Shown here piece after piece: positions 27,561-37,415 of a DNA stretch of 64,000 bases. Where the stretch lies: the NCBI GenBank assembly GCA_964592195.1, contig CAZQEI010000007.1, positions 5,082 to 69,081 on the forward strand, written 5' to 3'. The first letter of the stretch is position 1. Every line of letters begins with the position of its first letter. A program made the position numbers and the translations under genes. The stretch is from an uncultured Gammaproteobacteria bacterium (lineage in GTDB: Bacteria > Patescibacteriota > Patescibacteriia > UBA11705). The notes beneath the pieces were generated by a model, which saw only the letters and a list, made by a program, of their open reading frames with translations, was not told the DNA's origin and did not search any database.

Positions 27561-28895
27561 ATGTCAAAAACTATAATCGTCGGCGCTGGTCCGGCTGGGA
27601 TGTTTGCTGCGTATGAATTAAAAAAACTTGATCCGCAAATGGAAGTGTTACTACTGGAAATGGGTCATTGTATTGCTGATCGTCAAAAGCAAGATATTAT
27701 GAGCGGTGTGGGAGGTGCCGGTACTTTTTCCGATGGTAAATTGCATTTTACTCCGGTATTAAGCCATGAAAAAACTTTGCATTTATACGAACCAGAAGAA
27801 TATCAGTTGATTCTAAATTACGTTGATGAAATCTATACCAAGTTTGGTGTGGATGCTCCGTATTATCCAAAAAGTATTGAAAAAACTTTGGAGTTAACTG
27901 ATCGCGCCAAGAAAAAGGGGATTAAATTGTTCGTAAGACGCACTCGCCACGTTGGCTCGGATAAATTGCCGCAAGTGATTGCTAATTTTGAAAAATTTAT
28001 TATTGATGCTGGGGTAGTCTTACGTGACAATTCAGAAGTGGTGGATTTTGTGATTGAAAATAACGAAGCCAAAGGTGTAGTTTTGAAAAATGGAGAAACA
28101 TTGTTAGCCGATAAAATCATTTGCGCGCCCGGTCGTATTCGTGCCAAGTGGATGCAAGATATTGCAGAGAAATATGATCTTGGTTATCACTATGACAAGG
28201 TTGAAGTTGGTGTTCGCGTTGAATTTTGGGAAGGAGTAATGCGTGAGTTTTCAGATGAATTGTATGAAACGGTTTTCATGATGAGAACTCCAACTTTTGA
28301 TGATGTAATCAGAACGTTCTGCCCCTGTCCCAAAGGTCATGTGGCAACGGAAACTTACGATGGTTTTGTATGTGTGAACGGACATTCGAATTCTGATCAT
28401 GATTCTGATAATTCAAATTTTGCATTTGTGGCTGAAGTGAAATTAACCGAGCCAGTTGAAAATACGATTGCTTATGCTAAATCAATTGCTCAATTAGCCT
28501 TTACCATTGGTGGAGGTAAACCGATTGTTCAACGTTTGGCAGATTTACGAAAAGGCCGCCGCAGTACTTGGGATAGAATTAAAATGAGTTTTGTAAAACC
28601 AACATTATTAGACGTTACCCCAGGAGATATTTCTATGGCTTTACCTCACAGAATTGTAACCAATATCATTGAAGGTTTAGATCAATTGGAAACAATCATG
28701 CCCGGTATTGCCAGCGGTCATACTTTGCTTTACGCGCCGGAAATTAAGTTACGTTCATCCAAGATTCAAACAGATAAACATTTGGAAACCAAAGTGAAGA
28801 ATTTTTATGTGGCTGGGGACGGCGCAGGTTTGTCGGGGAATATTATCGGCGCCGCGGCGAATGGTATTATCGCAGCGAGGGGAATAGTTGGATAA
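27561..28895 (+). CDS. FAD-dependent oxidoreductase
   Basis: IVGAGPAG, GVGGAGTFSDGKL, VGVRVE, RTFCPCP.G, VNGHS, YAPEIK, AGDGAG. Confidence 0.88.
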   Translation: MSKTIIVGAGPAGMFAAYELKKLDPQMEVLLLEMGHCIADRQKQDIMSGVGGAGTFSDGKLHFTPVLSHEKTLHLYEPEEYQLILNYVDEIYTKFGVDAPYYPKSIEKTLELTDRAKKKGIKLFVRRTRHVGSDKLPQVIANFEKFIIDAGVVLRDNSEVVDFVIENNEAKGVVLKNGETLLADKIICAPGRIRAKWMQDIAEKYDLGYHYDKVEVGVRVEFWEGVMREFSDELYETVFMMRTPTFDDVIRTFCPCPKGHVATETYDGFVCVNGHSNSDHDSDNSNFAFVAEVKLTEPVENTIAYAKSIAQLAFTIGGGKPIVQRLADLRKGRRSTWDRIKMSFVKPTLLDVTPGDISMALPHRIVTNIIEGLDQLETIMPGIASGHTLLYAPEIKLRSSKIQTDKHLETKVKNFYVAGDGAGLSGNIIGAAANGIIAARGIVG

Positions 28896-29038
28896 ATATA
28901 CCCTTACATCCACCTTTAGGTGGGAGTGAGAATTTTCCCTAAAGTGAAGTTATATTAAATCGACCTTCATATTGCGTAAAGACTTTTACTCCCACCTAAA
29001 GGTGGATGTAATAGATTAACAAATTAAAAAATTTTAAA

Positions 29039-31375
29039 ATGACCAACTTAGCTAAAAAACTATTACTCGCCACGGTTTTCTACACCGGCGCGGTGGTGCT
29101 CATTGTCGAAGTTTTGGCAGTGCGGATTTTGGCGCCGTATTTTGGGAGCACGATGTATTCGGTGTCCAGTGTTTTGAGTGTGGTGTTGGCTGCGTTGTCA
29201 GTTGGCTATTATTTTGGCGGTAAATGGAGTGATTCTCATCCCAGCAAGAAATTATTTTTTGGAATTATATTTGTCAGTGGTATTTCGTTGATTGCAATGC
29301 AATTATTAACTCTATATGTTGTCCCGGATTGGAGTGAAAGCTTGTCAATGATCACTGGCCCATTGTGGGTTTCAATTATTTTATTTTTTATTCCCAGTTT
29401 TTTACTTGGCACGTTGTCTCCTTTGGTAATAAAATTGTTTAGCGTGGGAGAAACCATGGATACGATTGGCAGTTTAGCGGGAAAAGTTTTTTTCTGGTCA
29501 ACTCTTGGTAGTATTGTTGGGAGTTTACTGTCAGGTTTTGTGTTAATTCCCAGCTTTGGATTGAATAATATTGTTCGCGGTTTAGCCATCAGTTTATTAT
29601 TAATCGGAGCCATTGGTTTGTTTATTGATAATAAAAAGAAATTAATTGGTTCGTTGATATTGGTGATTGTTTTGTCTGGAGCTAGCTTGTTAATGGTGGA
29701 AAAAGTAGAAGCGTTGATTTCTTATGAAGGCATTTACCAACGCATTAGCGTGATTGATTCTGATTATAAAGGCACACCGGCCAGGCTATTGATGTTAGAC
29801 AAAAATCCCTCCTCTGCCGTAGATAAAACTGATAATTCTGTGATTTTTACCTATACCAAATATTATAAACTGTATAAATATTTTGCCCCGGAAATGAAAT
29901 CAGCGCTTGTTCTGGGTGGCGGAGCGTTCATTGTGCCGGAGGCTTTAGTGAATAGTTCACCAGAGGTAACCGTGGAGGCGGTGGAGATCGAGCCATCGCT
30001 TTTTAATTTGGGAAAAGAATATTTTGGTGTCAAAGACAGTGATCGTTTAATTGTGAGTAATGATGATGGTCGAGTATATTTAAAACAAACCAAGAAAAAA
30101 TATGATTTGATTTTCGGCGATGTGTTTCATTCACTTTATGGTGTGCCAGTGCAATTTACTACCAAAGAATTTTACGTCTTATCAAAAAGTAAATTGAATA
30201 ATAATGGGGTAATAATGGTCAATGCTATCGGTCAGCTTTCCAATCGCGCGCCTTCGTTTCTAATGTCGGAAATTAAAACTTTCCGTTCGGTTTACCCAAA
30301 TAGCTATTTCCTCGCTGTCTATTCACCATCTTCAAGCAAGTTACAAAATGTCATGATGATTGGTGTGAATGGTGATCAAGCTTTTGATTGGAATAGTATT
30401 AAAGAAAAAGAATTAATTGATTTAACCAAAAATAAATTAGTAGATTTGTCAGCTTATGATTGGGGCAACTACGAATTATTAACTGATGATTTTGCGCCTG
30501 TTGATTATTATAATGCTATAACTCTGCAAGAAGTGGAAAAAGCGAGACATAATTATATTAGCGGGGAAGAAGCCTTGGCTTCAGTGGCGAAACAAGTGTC
30601 TTTTGGCCAACGATATTTAGGTAGTGATGGGCATCAGGCAGAAGTTGAATACATAACAAAGCAATTGAATAAATTTACCCTCAATGTTCAACGTCAAGCA
30701 TGGGAGGAAACTTCCCCGGCGGGTGTGAAATATGAATTTCGCAATGTGCTGGCGCGTTTTTGGCCGGAGAATAAACAACGAATTATATTTGTGACACATT
30801 ATGATACCAAGAAAATTGATAGTGTGAATTTTGTCGGTGCCAATGATGGAGCCTCGGGTGTGGCAGTCATGTTGCAAATGGCGGAATTTTTAAATTTGGT
30901 GGATGAAGAACCAAATGTTGGTGTTGATTTGTTGTTTGTGGACGGTGAGGAAGGTTGGCCAGGTGAGGAACAGGCCACTATTGGAATTGGCGCTAAAAAG
31001 TTTGTAACAGATTTAAATAATTATTATATAGAAAAACCGGTTGAAGTGATTAATATAGATTTAGTGGGTGAGAAAGACGCACAATTTTTCCAAGAAAAAG
31101 ATTCTTTGCAATTTGATAAGAGCAAACATGAAAAGCTTTTTCAAGTTGGTAACGAATTATATGGTGATATGTTCATGGCAATGCCTAAATATCAGATATG
31201 GGATGATTTTACCGCTTTCAATCAACTTGGAATACCGGCGCAATTGTTAATCGATTTTGATTACAAGTATTTTCATACTGCCAAAGATAGTTTGAACAAA
31301 ATTGATTCAATGAGTTTAGCAAATACTGGTAATGTATTATTACGTTATCTCTATACTGAATATGGCAATCATTGA
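29039..31375 (+). CDS. Fused membrane / spermidine synthase-like methyltransferase / M28 peptidase protein
   Basis: N-terminal TM block (RILAPYFG), LVLGGG/VEIEP/DDGR/YDLIFGDVF, LTDDFAPV, then THYDT/GANDGASGVA/DGEE/FHT. Confidence 0.85.
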   Translation: MTNLAKKLLLATVFYTGAVVLIVEVLAVRILAPYFGSTMYSVSSVLSVVLAALSVGYYFGGKWSDSHPSKKLFFGIIFVSGISLIAMQLLTLYVVPDWSESLSMITGPLWVSIILFFIPSFLLGTLSPLVIKLFSVGETMDTIGSLAGKVFFWSTLGSIVGSLLSGFVLIPSFGLNNIVRGLAISLLLIGAIGLFIDNKKKLIGSLILVIVLSGASLLMVEKVEALISYEGIYQRISVIDSDYKGTPARLLMLDKNPSSAVDKTDNSVIFTYTKYYKLYKYFAPEMKSALVLGGGAFIVPEALVNSSPEVTVEAVEIEPSLFNLGKEYFGVKDSDRLIVSNDDGRVYLKQTKKKYDLIFGDVFHSLYGVPVQFTTKEFYVLSKSKLNNNGVIMVNAIGQLSNRAPSFLMSEIKTFRSVYPNSYFLAVYSPSSSKLQNVMMIGVNGDQAFDWNSIKEKELIDLTKNKLVDLSAYDWGNYELLTDDFAPVDYYNAITLQEVEKARHNYISGEEALASVAKQVSFGQRYLGSDGHQAEVEYITKQLNKFTLNVQRQAWEETSPAGVKYEFRNVLARFWPENKQRIIFVTHYDTKKIDSVNFVGANDGASGVAVMLQMAEFLNLVDEEPNVGVDLLFVDGEEGWPGEEQATIGIGAKKFVTDLNNYYIEKPVEVINIDLVGEKDAQFFQEKDSLQFDKSKHEKLFQVGNELYGDMFMAMPKYQIWDDFTAFNQLGIPAQLLIDFDYKYFHTAKDSLNKIDSMSLANTGNVLLRYLYTEYGNH

Positions 31376-31991
31376 AAAAGGTGGAAAATTTCATGGCCCA
31401 GTTAATAAATTTTTGCGACGAGCAATCAAGTTTGTTTTGATTGTATTATTTTTGTTAATATTAATAGTTGGTAAAGTACAAAATAAATATAAAGATCAAA
31501 TCTTTACCGTTGAAAACACGCCAAGTGGTTATGATTCAGCCGTGGTGTTTGGTGCTGGATTGCGAAGTAAAGGCACTCCCGGACTAATCCTGGCTGATCG
31601 GGTATATAAAAGTATTGAACTGTATCGTGATGGAAAAGTGAAAAATATTTTGATGAGTGGAGACAATCAAAGTCCCAATCACAATGAAGTACAAGCCATG
31701 AAAAATGCGGCATTAAATGAAGGCGTGCCGGAAAATATTATTTTGATGGATCATGCTGGTCTAAGTACCATTCAAAGTTGTTTGAATTTGAAAAATGAAT
31801 TACATTTGCAAAAAGTAGTCTTAGTTACTCAAGCCTATCATTTACCCCGTGCGTTATATGATTGTAATGAGATTGGAGTAGAAGCCATTGGTGTGGCGGC
31901 AGATGAAAAGCCCTACCCCGGTGCTTTTTCCAGAAAAGTTCGTGAATGGTTTGCTAGTGTGAGGGATTGGGTGGTGGTGAAGTTTAATTGA
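31362..31991 (+). CDS. SanA/YdcF (ElyC, DUF218) family protein
   Basis: VVFGAG, DRV, LMSGDN, NEVQAM, DHAGLST, VTQAYHLPRA, REW. Confidence 0.9.
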   Translation: MAIIEKGGKFHGPVNKFLRRAIKFVLIVLFLLILIVGKVQNKYKDQIFTVENTPSGYDSAVVFGAGLRSKGTPGLILADRVYKSIELYRDGKVKNILMSGDNQSPNHNEVQAMKNAALNEGVPENIILMDHAGLSTIQSCLNLKNELHLQKVVLVTQAYHLPRALYDCNEIGVEAIGVAADEKPYPGAFSRKVREWFASVRDWVVVKFN

Positions 31992-32007
31992 GAAATGAGG
32001 GAAGAGG

Positions 32008-32194
32008 AAAAAGTAATAAGTAACCGGTAACCAGTAATCAGTAACCAGTAATATGTAATAAATAACCTGTAACCGGTAATCTGTAAATTGTAGTCGTTTA
32101 ACGTATCTCGTATGACGTTTCACGATTTACCCTTCACGTATCACGAATACCGAATTACGAATTACCCCGCGATGCGGGGCAGGCGATTCACGAA
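32008..32194 (+). repeat. Composite heptamer array with inserted CCCCGCGATGCGGGGCAGGC hairpin
   Basis: GTAACC[AG] arm and TTACG arm; the insert at 32165-32184 has an exact reverse-complement copy at 52487-52506. Confidence 0.85.
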
Positions 32195-32314
32195 AAGACA
32201 GCGCTAACGCTGTTTTTATTATAAATAAGCCATTTGTTGACAGTCTGAGTAATACTTGGTAACATGAAGCATTGCTGTTTGACAATTTTAACCGACCACC
32301 AACAGGAGAGGTCC

Positions 32315-32806
32315 ATGCCGCATAATCACAGCGTGGGTGTCATTATTACAGATGGTAAACGTTTTTTGCTGCAACAAAAAGATATTACGCATCCGATTGA
32401 AAGTTGGAGAAATAAGTTCTGTCTGTTTGGCGGAGGAGTGGATGGGAAAGAATCAGTTCAACGAGCTATGCGTAGAGAAATGCAGGAAGAATTCAAACCT
32501 CAACACGTTGCCATGAGAATTGTTCGCGCAGCTCAGTTATTGTGGACGTTTGAATTGCCGATGTTTGATGAGAAGAATTATACGCTCACTGTTTTTGTTA
32601 GCTTAATGCGACCGGATGATATGGATATTCTGATCAAAGCTGTCGCGGAAGAAGAGGCAGTCCAAGAAGGTCGTGGTGTTTTGTTGAATGAAGATACGGT
32701 CAAATGTTTGATGAATCAGCCGGCGGTGAATTTCGTGGCCAGTCATGATCGAGCGTTGGCGGAATATTTTGAAGATAATAACCTTCACCAGGAAACGGAG
32801 GCTTGA
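32315..32806 (+). CDS. NUDIX hydrolase
   Basis: FGGGVDGKESVQRAMRREMQEEF Nudix box; SD CAGGAG. Confidence 0.85.
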   Translation: MPHNHSVGVIITDGKRFLLQQKDITHPIESWRNKFCLFGGGVDGKESVQRAMRREMQEEFKPQHVAMRIVRAAQLLWTFELPMFDEKNYTLTVFVSLMRPDDMDILIKAVAEEEAVQEGRGVLLNEDTVKCLMNQPAVNFVASHDRALAEYFEDNNLHQETEA

Positions 32807-33247
32807 ATGAAGAAAATGCTAGTCATTGCCGGAGCGTTTTTCGATGGGTGGGTACTTGAAGGTTGTTTGGTGGATGTTACCAAATTTTTTGGCACAATTG
32901 GATATAATGAGGCCGGCAAAAGAACTGGGTTTATGACTGATGTCTTGGGAACTGCGACTTTGTCACGGATTGTTATTACTAAAAATGAGTTCAGATTCAG
33001 GAAAGAATATACATTACCGCCTTGTACGCCTAAAGTAAAATGGTCAGAAATTGATTTCAAGTTCACTCGTCAAGGTGATCATTGGGTAGGCACTTATCAT
33101 GGCAAGAAGTATGAAAGAGTTTATACAGGCTTGGATTCAGTGGTCGTAGGGAGAGGAACATTTTCTGGCAAAGCTAAGTGTTCGTTGTTCGAGGCACCGG
33201 ATGGATTGTTTGAAAAGGAAGAAGGAAGCCAAGATGGCCAAGGGTAA
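32807..33247 (+). CDS. Hypothetical beta-rich protein
   Basis: Translationally coupled, SD GGAGG. Confidence 0.6.
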   Translation: MKKMLVIAGAFFDGWVLEGCLVDVTKFFGTIGYNEAGKRTGFMTDVLGTATLSRIVITKNEFRFRKEYTLPPCTPKVKWSEIDFKFTRQGDHWVGTYHGKKYERVYTGLDSVVVGRGTFSGKAKCSLFEAPDGLFEKEEGSQDGQG

Positions 33248-33629
33248 AGATCTGTGGATTCAAGGTGTCTTCTTTTCTTGGCCAAATTTTCAAGTAGCGG
33301 TGATTTATCGTACAACCTTCTCTGCTATTTTTCGACCAACTAAGAAAGCCAATTGTTATTCTGGTGAAATTGAATTGGACTCCGGTGAGTTTACTGTCTC
33401 GGAGATTATTTTCGGTGGAGAAAGATTACGCTTTCGTCTGGTGAATGAAGAAAAGATGATATCTGCGGATGTTGATCTCAGACGTTTGGGCAGTGATCAA
33501 GAGGGATATTACTTCGAAGGTCAGTGTGCTGGTGTTAAAAAGTGGGAGGGGATGAAAGATATGAAATTCAAGAGCAAAGTAAGGTGTGTGATAAATCAAA
33601 TGCCGGCCACTTTTTGGGATAAGGAATAA
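33234..33629 (+). CDS. Hypothetical beta-rich protein
   Basis: Overlaps the previous stop; alternating hydrophobic pattern. Confidence 0.55.
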   Translation: MAKGKDLWIQGVFFSWPNFQVAVIYRTTFSAIFRPTKKANCYSGEIELDSGEFTVSEIIFGGERLRFRLVNEEKMISADVDLRRLGSDQEGYYFEGQCAGVKKWEGMKDMKFKSKVRCVINQMPATFWDKE

Positions 33630-33648
33630 ACAAAAAAGGAGAAATGCT

Positions 33649-34017
33649 ATGGAAAGCAAAATGATACATTTCAGTGGAACTATCCTAGGATTGTTTGATT
33701 TTGCAACTCAGGTACATAGAGAAGAAGTGTCGTTCAAAGGAGAATTTGATTGTAAAAAAAAGACTGGGTCTTTGAAAATAGATACACAATCATTGACGAT
33801 TATTGGTTTTAGAGAGATTAGGTCAGGGCAATATTCTTTTCAGGTATCATCTAATGCGAATAATCTAAATATTTCCGGTTCGTTGTTAATGAACGTTGGC
33901 AATCATTCAACCAGTCGTATTGGTGAATATCACTTTAATTCACGTAAGCAAGGTGGTAGAGACTTTAGTTGTAGTGGCAAGATCATCAGATGCCAAGTTG
34001 AAAATAGACAATCGTAA
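33649..34017 (+). CDS. Hypothetical beta-rich protein
   Basis: SD AAGGAG; followed by terminator 34057-34083. Confidence 0.55.
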   Translation: MESKMIHFSGTILGLFDFATQVHREEVSFKGEFDCKKKTGSLKIDTQSLTIIGFREIRSGQYSFQVSSNANNLNISGSLLMNVGNHSTSRIGEYHFNSRKQGGRDFSCSGKIIRCQVENRQS

Positions 34018-34086
34018 TCATGACTTCCATTCGTTGGAATATTAAGAATAATAAATACTCAAGCAAATGCTTGGGTTTTTTTGTTT

Positions 34087-34430
34087 ACTACGGATGCTAC
34101 TGATTGGAAAATTTAGTCATTATGAGCTACGGATACTACGCCCTGTCATCCGACAGGGCAGTCATGTCGAATGACATGACGGATACGCAAATGACAAGGG
34201 AAGTATTTATTTGACCACACCTTTCGCAGCGTCCCGCCTCAGGTGGAAGTTGGGGAGGGAGTTTTATCTAACTATCTATTTCACCACGCCTTCAGGCGGG
34301 GAGGAAAGCTTTGTTCCCTCCGTAAACGGAGGGTGAATAATTGTCTATTTCACCACGACTTTTTTATAATCCGTCTTTGGCGGAAGGCGGGGAGGAAGAC
34401 TTTATTCCCTCCCTAAAGGGAGGGGGAACT
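34087..34430. repeat. Cluster of hairpin repeats
   Basis: CTACGGAT array, double hairpin 34140-34180, twice TCTATTTCACCACG...AGGCGGGGAGGAA...TTCCCTCC..AAA.GGAGGG. Confidence 0.75.
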
Positions 34431-35708
34431 AGTTGTGGAAGTATTGATTTTTTCCAAAATAATTAAACTCTCAATATGCGGAGTTCGAGGGAAGAAGTTA
34501 TAGAGTTTAGCAAACTTAATTTTGTATTGCGGTAATAGTTTAGCAATATCTCGAGCTTGAGTAGCGAGATCGCAAGAGAGATAAATAATTTGCGGCGGTT
34601 TAACTTCCAAAATTTTACTCACCACATCATCATGCATACCAGCACGAGGTGGATCCACAATTAAAAGTTTATCAGATGTAATAACATCCGTAGCTTTTTC
34701 CGCTGGTTTAAGAATGGCTTCGCAGTTCTTGAGTTTATTTAAGTTAATATTATCGTTGGCGTAATTAACAGCTTCGTCGTTTATTTCAACTAGTGTTGTT
34801 GGACGTTTTAATGGTAAAGAGATTGAACCTACACCAGAGTATAAGTCAATCAAATCTAAATTTTTTGGTAGGTGTTCTTCAATGTCGTTTAAGGCGGCGG
34901 TGAAGATTGGAGCGTTCACTTGGAAAAAACTTAAAAGTCCGTATTTTAAGTTTACGCCTTTAATGTTTTCAATTAAATAATCTTGCCCCTCAGAATAAAG
35001 TAATTTGTCCGGGCGAGATGCTGGGCATCTTGGATCAGAATAATATATTTGTAAACCAACGAAGTTGCCAGTTAACTTTGGCGGTGCAATAATTTCAATT
35101 TCATCTTTGATAAACAAGGCCGCGACTGTTTCACCAGCCTGATTAGAACGAACGACTACGGTTTTAAATATTCTTTGGGGCAATTTTGATTGGTTAATCC
35201 AGTCGAGAATTATTTGAGTAGTTTCGTTAATTTCTTTTGAGGCTAATTGACATGGTTCAATGGGATTACGGTAATGACCACCGCGATCATAAAAAGCCGG
35301 GTGAGTAACGCCATCTACTTCCCAGAAACTATATTCAATCTTGTTACGATAATGATAAATATTTTCATCGCTGGTAATTTGAATATCATCCGGCAATGAA
35401 AAGCCGCCAATTTTTTGGAAAACTTCTTTGGCTACGTTAATTTTTTCGTGATTTTCCGCTTCAGCTGTCATGATTTGCCAAGGGGAACAGGATAAATAGT
35501 GTGATTCCGTGGCGGGAATGCGATCTGGGCTGGCTTTAATAATGTTAGTGGCAGTAGCTTCTATAAAGTTTTTCTTTTTCTTAATAATTTCCACTTCCAC
35601 TTCTTCACCAGGTAAAGCATTCCAAATAAAAATCTTGCGACCATCTTCCATTGTGCCGAGGGCTTGACCGCCGAAGACCAGCTTTTCGATTTTGATTATT
35701 TGGGACAT
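34413..35708 (-). CDS. rlmD: RNA m5U methyltransferase (RlmD/TrmA family, TRAM domain)
   Basis: ALPGEEV, YRNKIEY, SFFQVN, DLYSGVG, VDPPRAG, YLSCD..TQARD, FFPRTPHIE. Confidence 0.88.
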   Translation of the reverse strand: MSQIIKIEKLVFGGQALGTMEDGRKIFIWNALPGEEVEVEIIKKKKNFIEATATNIIKASPDRIPATESHYLSCSPWQIMTAEAENHEKINVAKEVFQKIGGFSLPDDIQITSDENIYHYRNKIEYSFWEVDGVTHPAFYDRGGHYRNPIEPCQLASKEINETTQIILDWINQSKLPQRIFKTVVVRSNQAGETVAALFIKDEIEIIAPPKLTGNFVGLQIYYSDPRCPASRPDKLLYSEGQDYLIENIKGVNLKYGLLSFFQVNAPIFTAALNDIEEHLPKNLDLIDLYSGVGSISLPLKRPTTLVEINDEAVNYANDNINLNKLKNCEAILKPAEKATDVITSDKLLIVDPPRAGMHDDVVSKILEVKPPQIIYLSCDLATQARDIAKLLPQYKIKFAKLYNFFPRTPHIESLIILEKINTSTTSSPSL

Positions 35709-35750
35709 AATTATCTAATTTTTTATAATCAATTTAATTAGTATCTATTT

Positions 35751-35822
35751 TTGTCTTGACACTAAAGTGTCAGATAAGGGAAATGGAATGTAAATATTTA
35801 TCTTGGACTTTAGTCCAAAGTC
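35751..35822. repeat. Paired short palindromes
   Basis: TGACACTAAAGTGTCA and TTGGACTTTAGTCCAA. Confidence 0.55.
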
Positions 35823-35868
35823 CGCATACTTATTTTCTAAATTAAATTGTATATTTATTATAATAATT

Positions 35869-36864
35869 TTAACAATTCTTCAACGCCAACTGCCCGCACG
35901 CCGCGTGAATGTCTTGACCAAAGCGATAGCGTTCGATGACTTGAATATTATGTTTGATTAAAATATTTACAAATTGCTTAACGCGTTCCATAGGCGGTGC
36001 TTGAAACTTATCCGTGGAATTGTAAACGATAATATTTACCATTAATAATTTATTTTTTAATAATTGAGCCAGTTGTTCTGCTTGTTCGGCTGAATCATTA
36101 ACCCCGTCAATTAGCAAATATTCAATCATGACTTTTCGGTTTTTGTCTTGCAAGTATTCATCAATAACTGAAATTAATTTTTTAAGCGGATAATTTTTTG
36201 CCGCAGGAATTATCGTTTCTCTGAGCTTTTGTTCTGGCGCATGTAAAGAGATGGCCAAATTGAAGTCTTCTTTTTCAGTTGAAAATTTTTCAATACCATC
36301 GACAATACCAATCGTTGAAATAGAAATTTTCCTGGCGCTGATACCGAATAGTCGAGGGTGATTTAATAATCGCGCCGCAGCCATAACATTATCATAATTT
36401 AAAAACGGTTCACCCATTCCCATGAAAACAACATTAGTCACGCGTTCTTCTGTTGTTTGCAATTGACGATTGAAAAGTAGCACTTGCTCGGCAATTTCTT
36501 CAGCGGTTAAATTTCTTTTCAAACCTAAAGTCCCGGTCGCACAAAAAACGCAACCAAGCGGGCAGCCGACTTGACTGGATACACACACTGTTAATCGGCC
36601 TTCATGTCTCATCAAAACAGTTTCAATTTTCAAACCATCCATTAAAGTTACCAACGCTTTGGTTGTTCGACCATCAGCGGAATTAAAAAACTGAGCTGGT
36701 AAATTTAAATCAACTTCCTGTTTTAGTTTTTCTCGTAAAGGTTTTGACAAATTACTTGCCTGATCCCAATCAGTGATATTGTGATGAAAAATCGCCTCCA
36801 TGACCTGGTCACGGCGGAATTTTGGTTCATCTTTTATTAAGCTATTGATAATATTCCAGTTCAT
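35869..36864 (-). CDS. rlmN: 23S rRNA m2A2503 radical-SAM methyltransferase
   Basis: CVSSQVGCPLGCVFCATG, VFMGMGEP, LAISLHAP, IEY, DIHAACGQL. Confidence 0.95.
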   Translation of the reverse strand: MNWNIINSLIKDEPKFRRDQVMEAIFHHNITDWDQASNLSKPLREKLKQEVDLNLPAQFFNSADGRTTKALVTLMDGLKIETVLMRHEGRLTVCVSSQVGCPLGCVFCATGTLGLKRNLTAEEIAEQVLLFNRQLQTTEERVTNVVFMGMGEPFLNYDNVMAAARLLNHPRLFGISARKISISTIGIVDGIEKFSTEKEDFNLAISLHAPEQKLRETIIPAAKNYPLKKLISVIDEYLQDKNRKVMIEYLLIDGVNDSAEQAEQLAQLLKNKLLMVNIIVYNSTDKFQAPPMERVKQFVNILIKHNIQVIERYRFGQDIHAACGQLALKNC

Positions 36865-36890
36865 ATATAGTCATTGACCATTGATCATTT

Positions 36891-36920
36891 CCGCCGAAGG
36901 TCGGATCAGCCTCCGGCTGA
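36891..36920. repeat. Double-hairpin element CCGCCGAAGGTCGGATCAGCCTCCGGCTGA
   Basis: Near-identical inverted copy at 55619-55648 and in-frame copy at 60234-60263. Confidence 0.85.
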
Positions 36921-37043
36921 GAACATTGATCAACGATAAACAAAGTATGACACTTTTTAATTAATTAATCAAGTTTTTATGTAAAATTAAGCAAAATTAC
37001 AGATAAGTGTAACTCTTTCCCATCTGGCTCGTCCTATATAATG

Positions 37044-37269
37044 TAGGGTGTAGTGCAAATATGAAATACCCATTTTGCACTATCCTTCAAGATAAATTTA
37101 TGAAACGTTGTCAACAACAACCTAACCGTTCTATCGAAACCATGGTGACATTGGTCTCTGGTTTTGCTTATGATACGAATCAGGTCGGTTGTGGTTGGCG
37201 TATAGCGTCTGCATAAGGCGTAATACAATCAATAGGTGTACCCATCCGGCTTGGTAAGGCCGGTTTTTT
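37044..37269 (+). ncRNA. Candidate structured non-coding RNA (6S-like architecture possible)
   Basis: TATAAT just upstream, long irregular hairpin 37098-37216, terminal CCGGC/GCCGG hairpin plus T-run; no credible ORF. Confidence 0.45.
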
Positions 37270-37415
37270 TGACATTACGAATTTTCGAATCTGTTACGAA
37301 TGTGTTCGAATAATCTCATTGCTAATCATTCGTAAAAATTCGAAATTAATTCGTATATTCGTAATGCTCTTTACAACTGAACGGTCAACCACCAACTCCT
37401 TGAAAGGGGGGAATC

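Noticed and set aside
37175-37200. SRP RNA, suggested by TCAGGTC
   Set aside because: The following GGAAGGAAGCAGC-type domain IV motif is absent.
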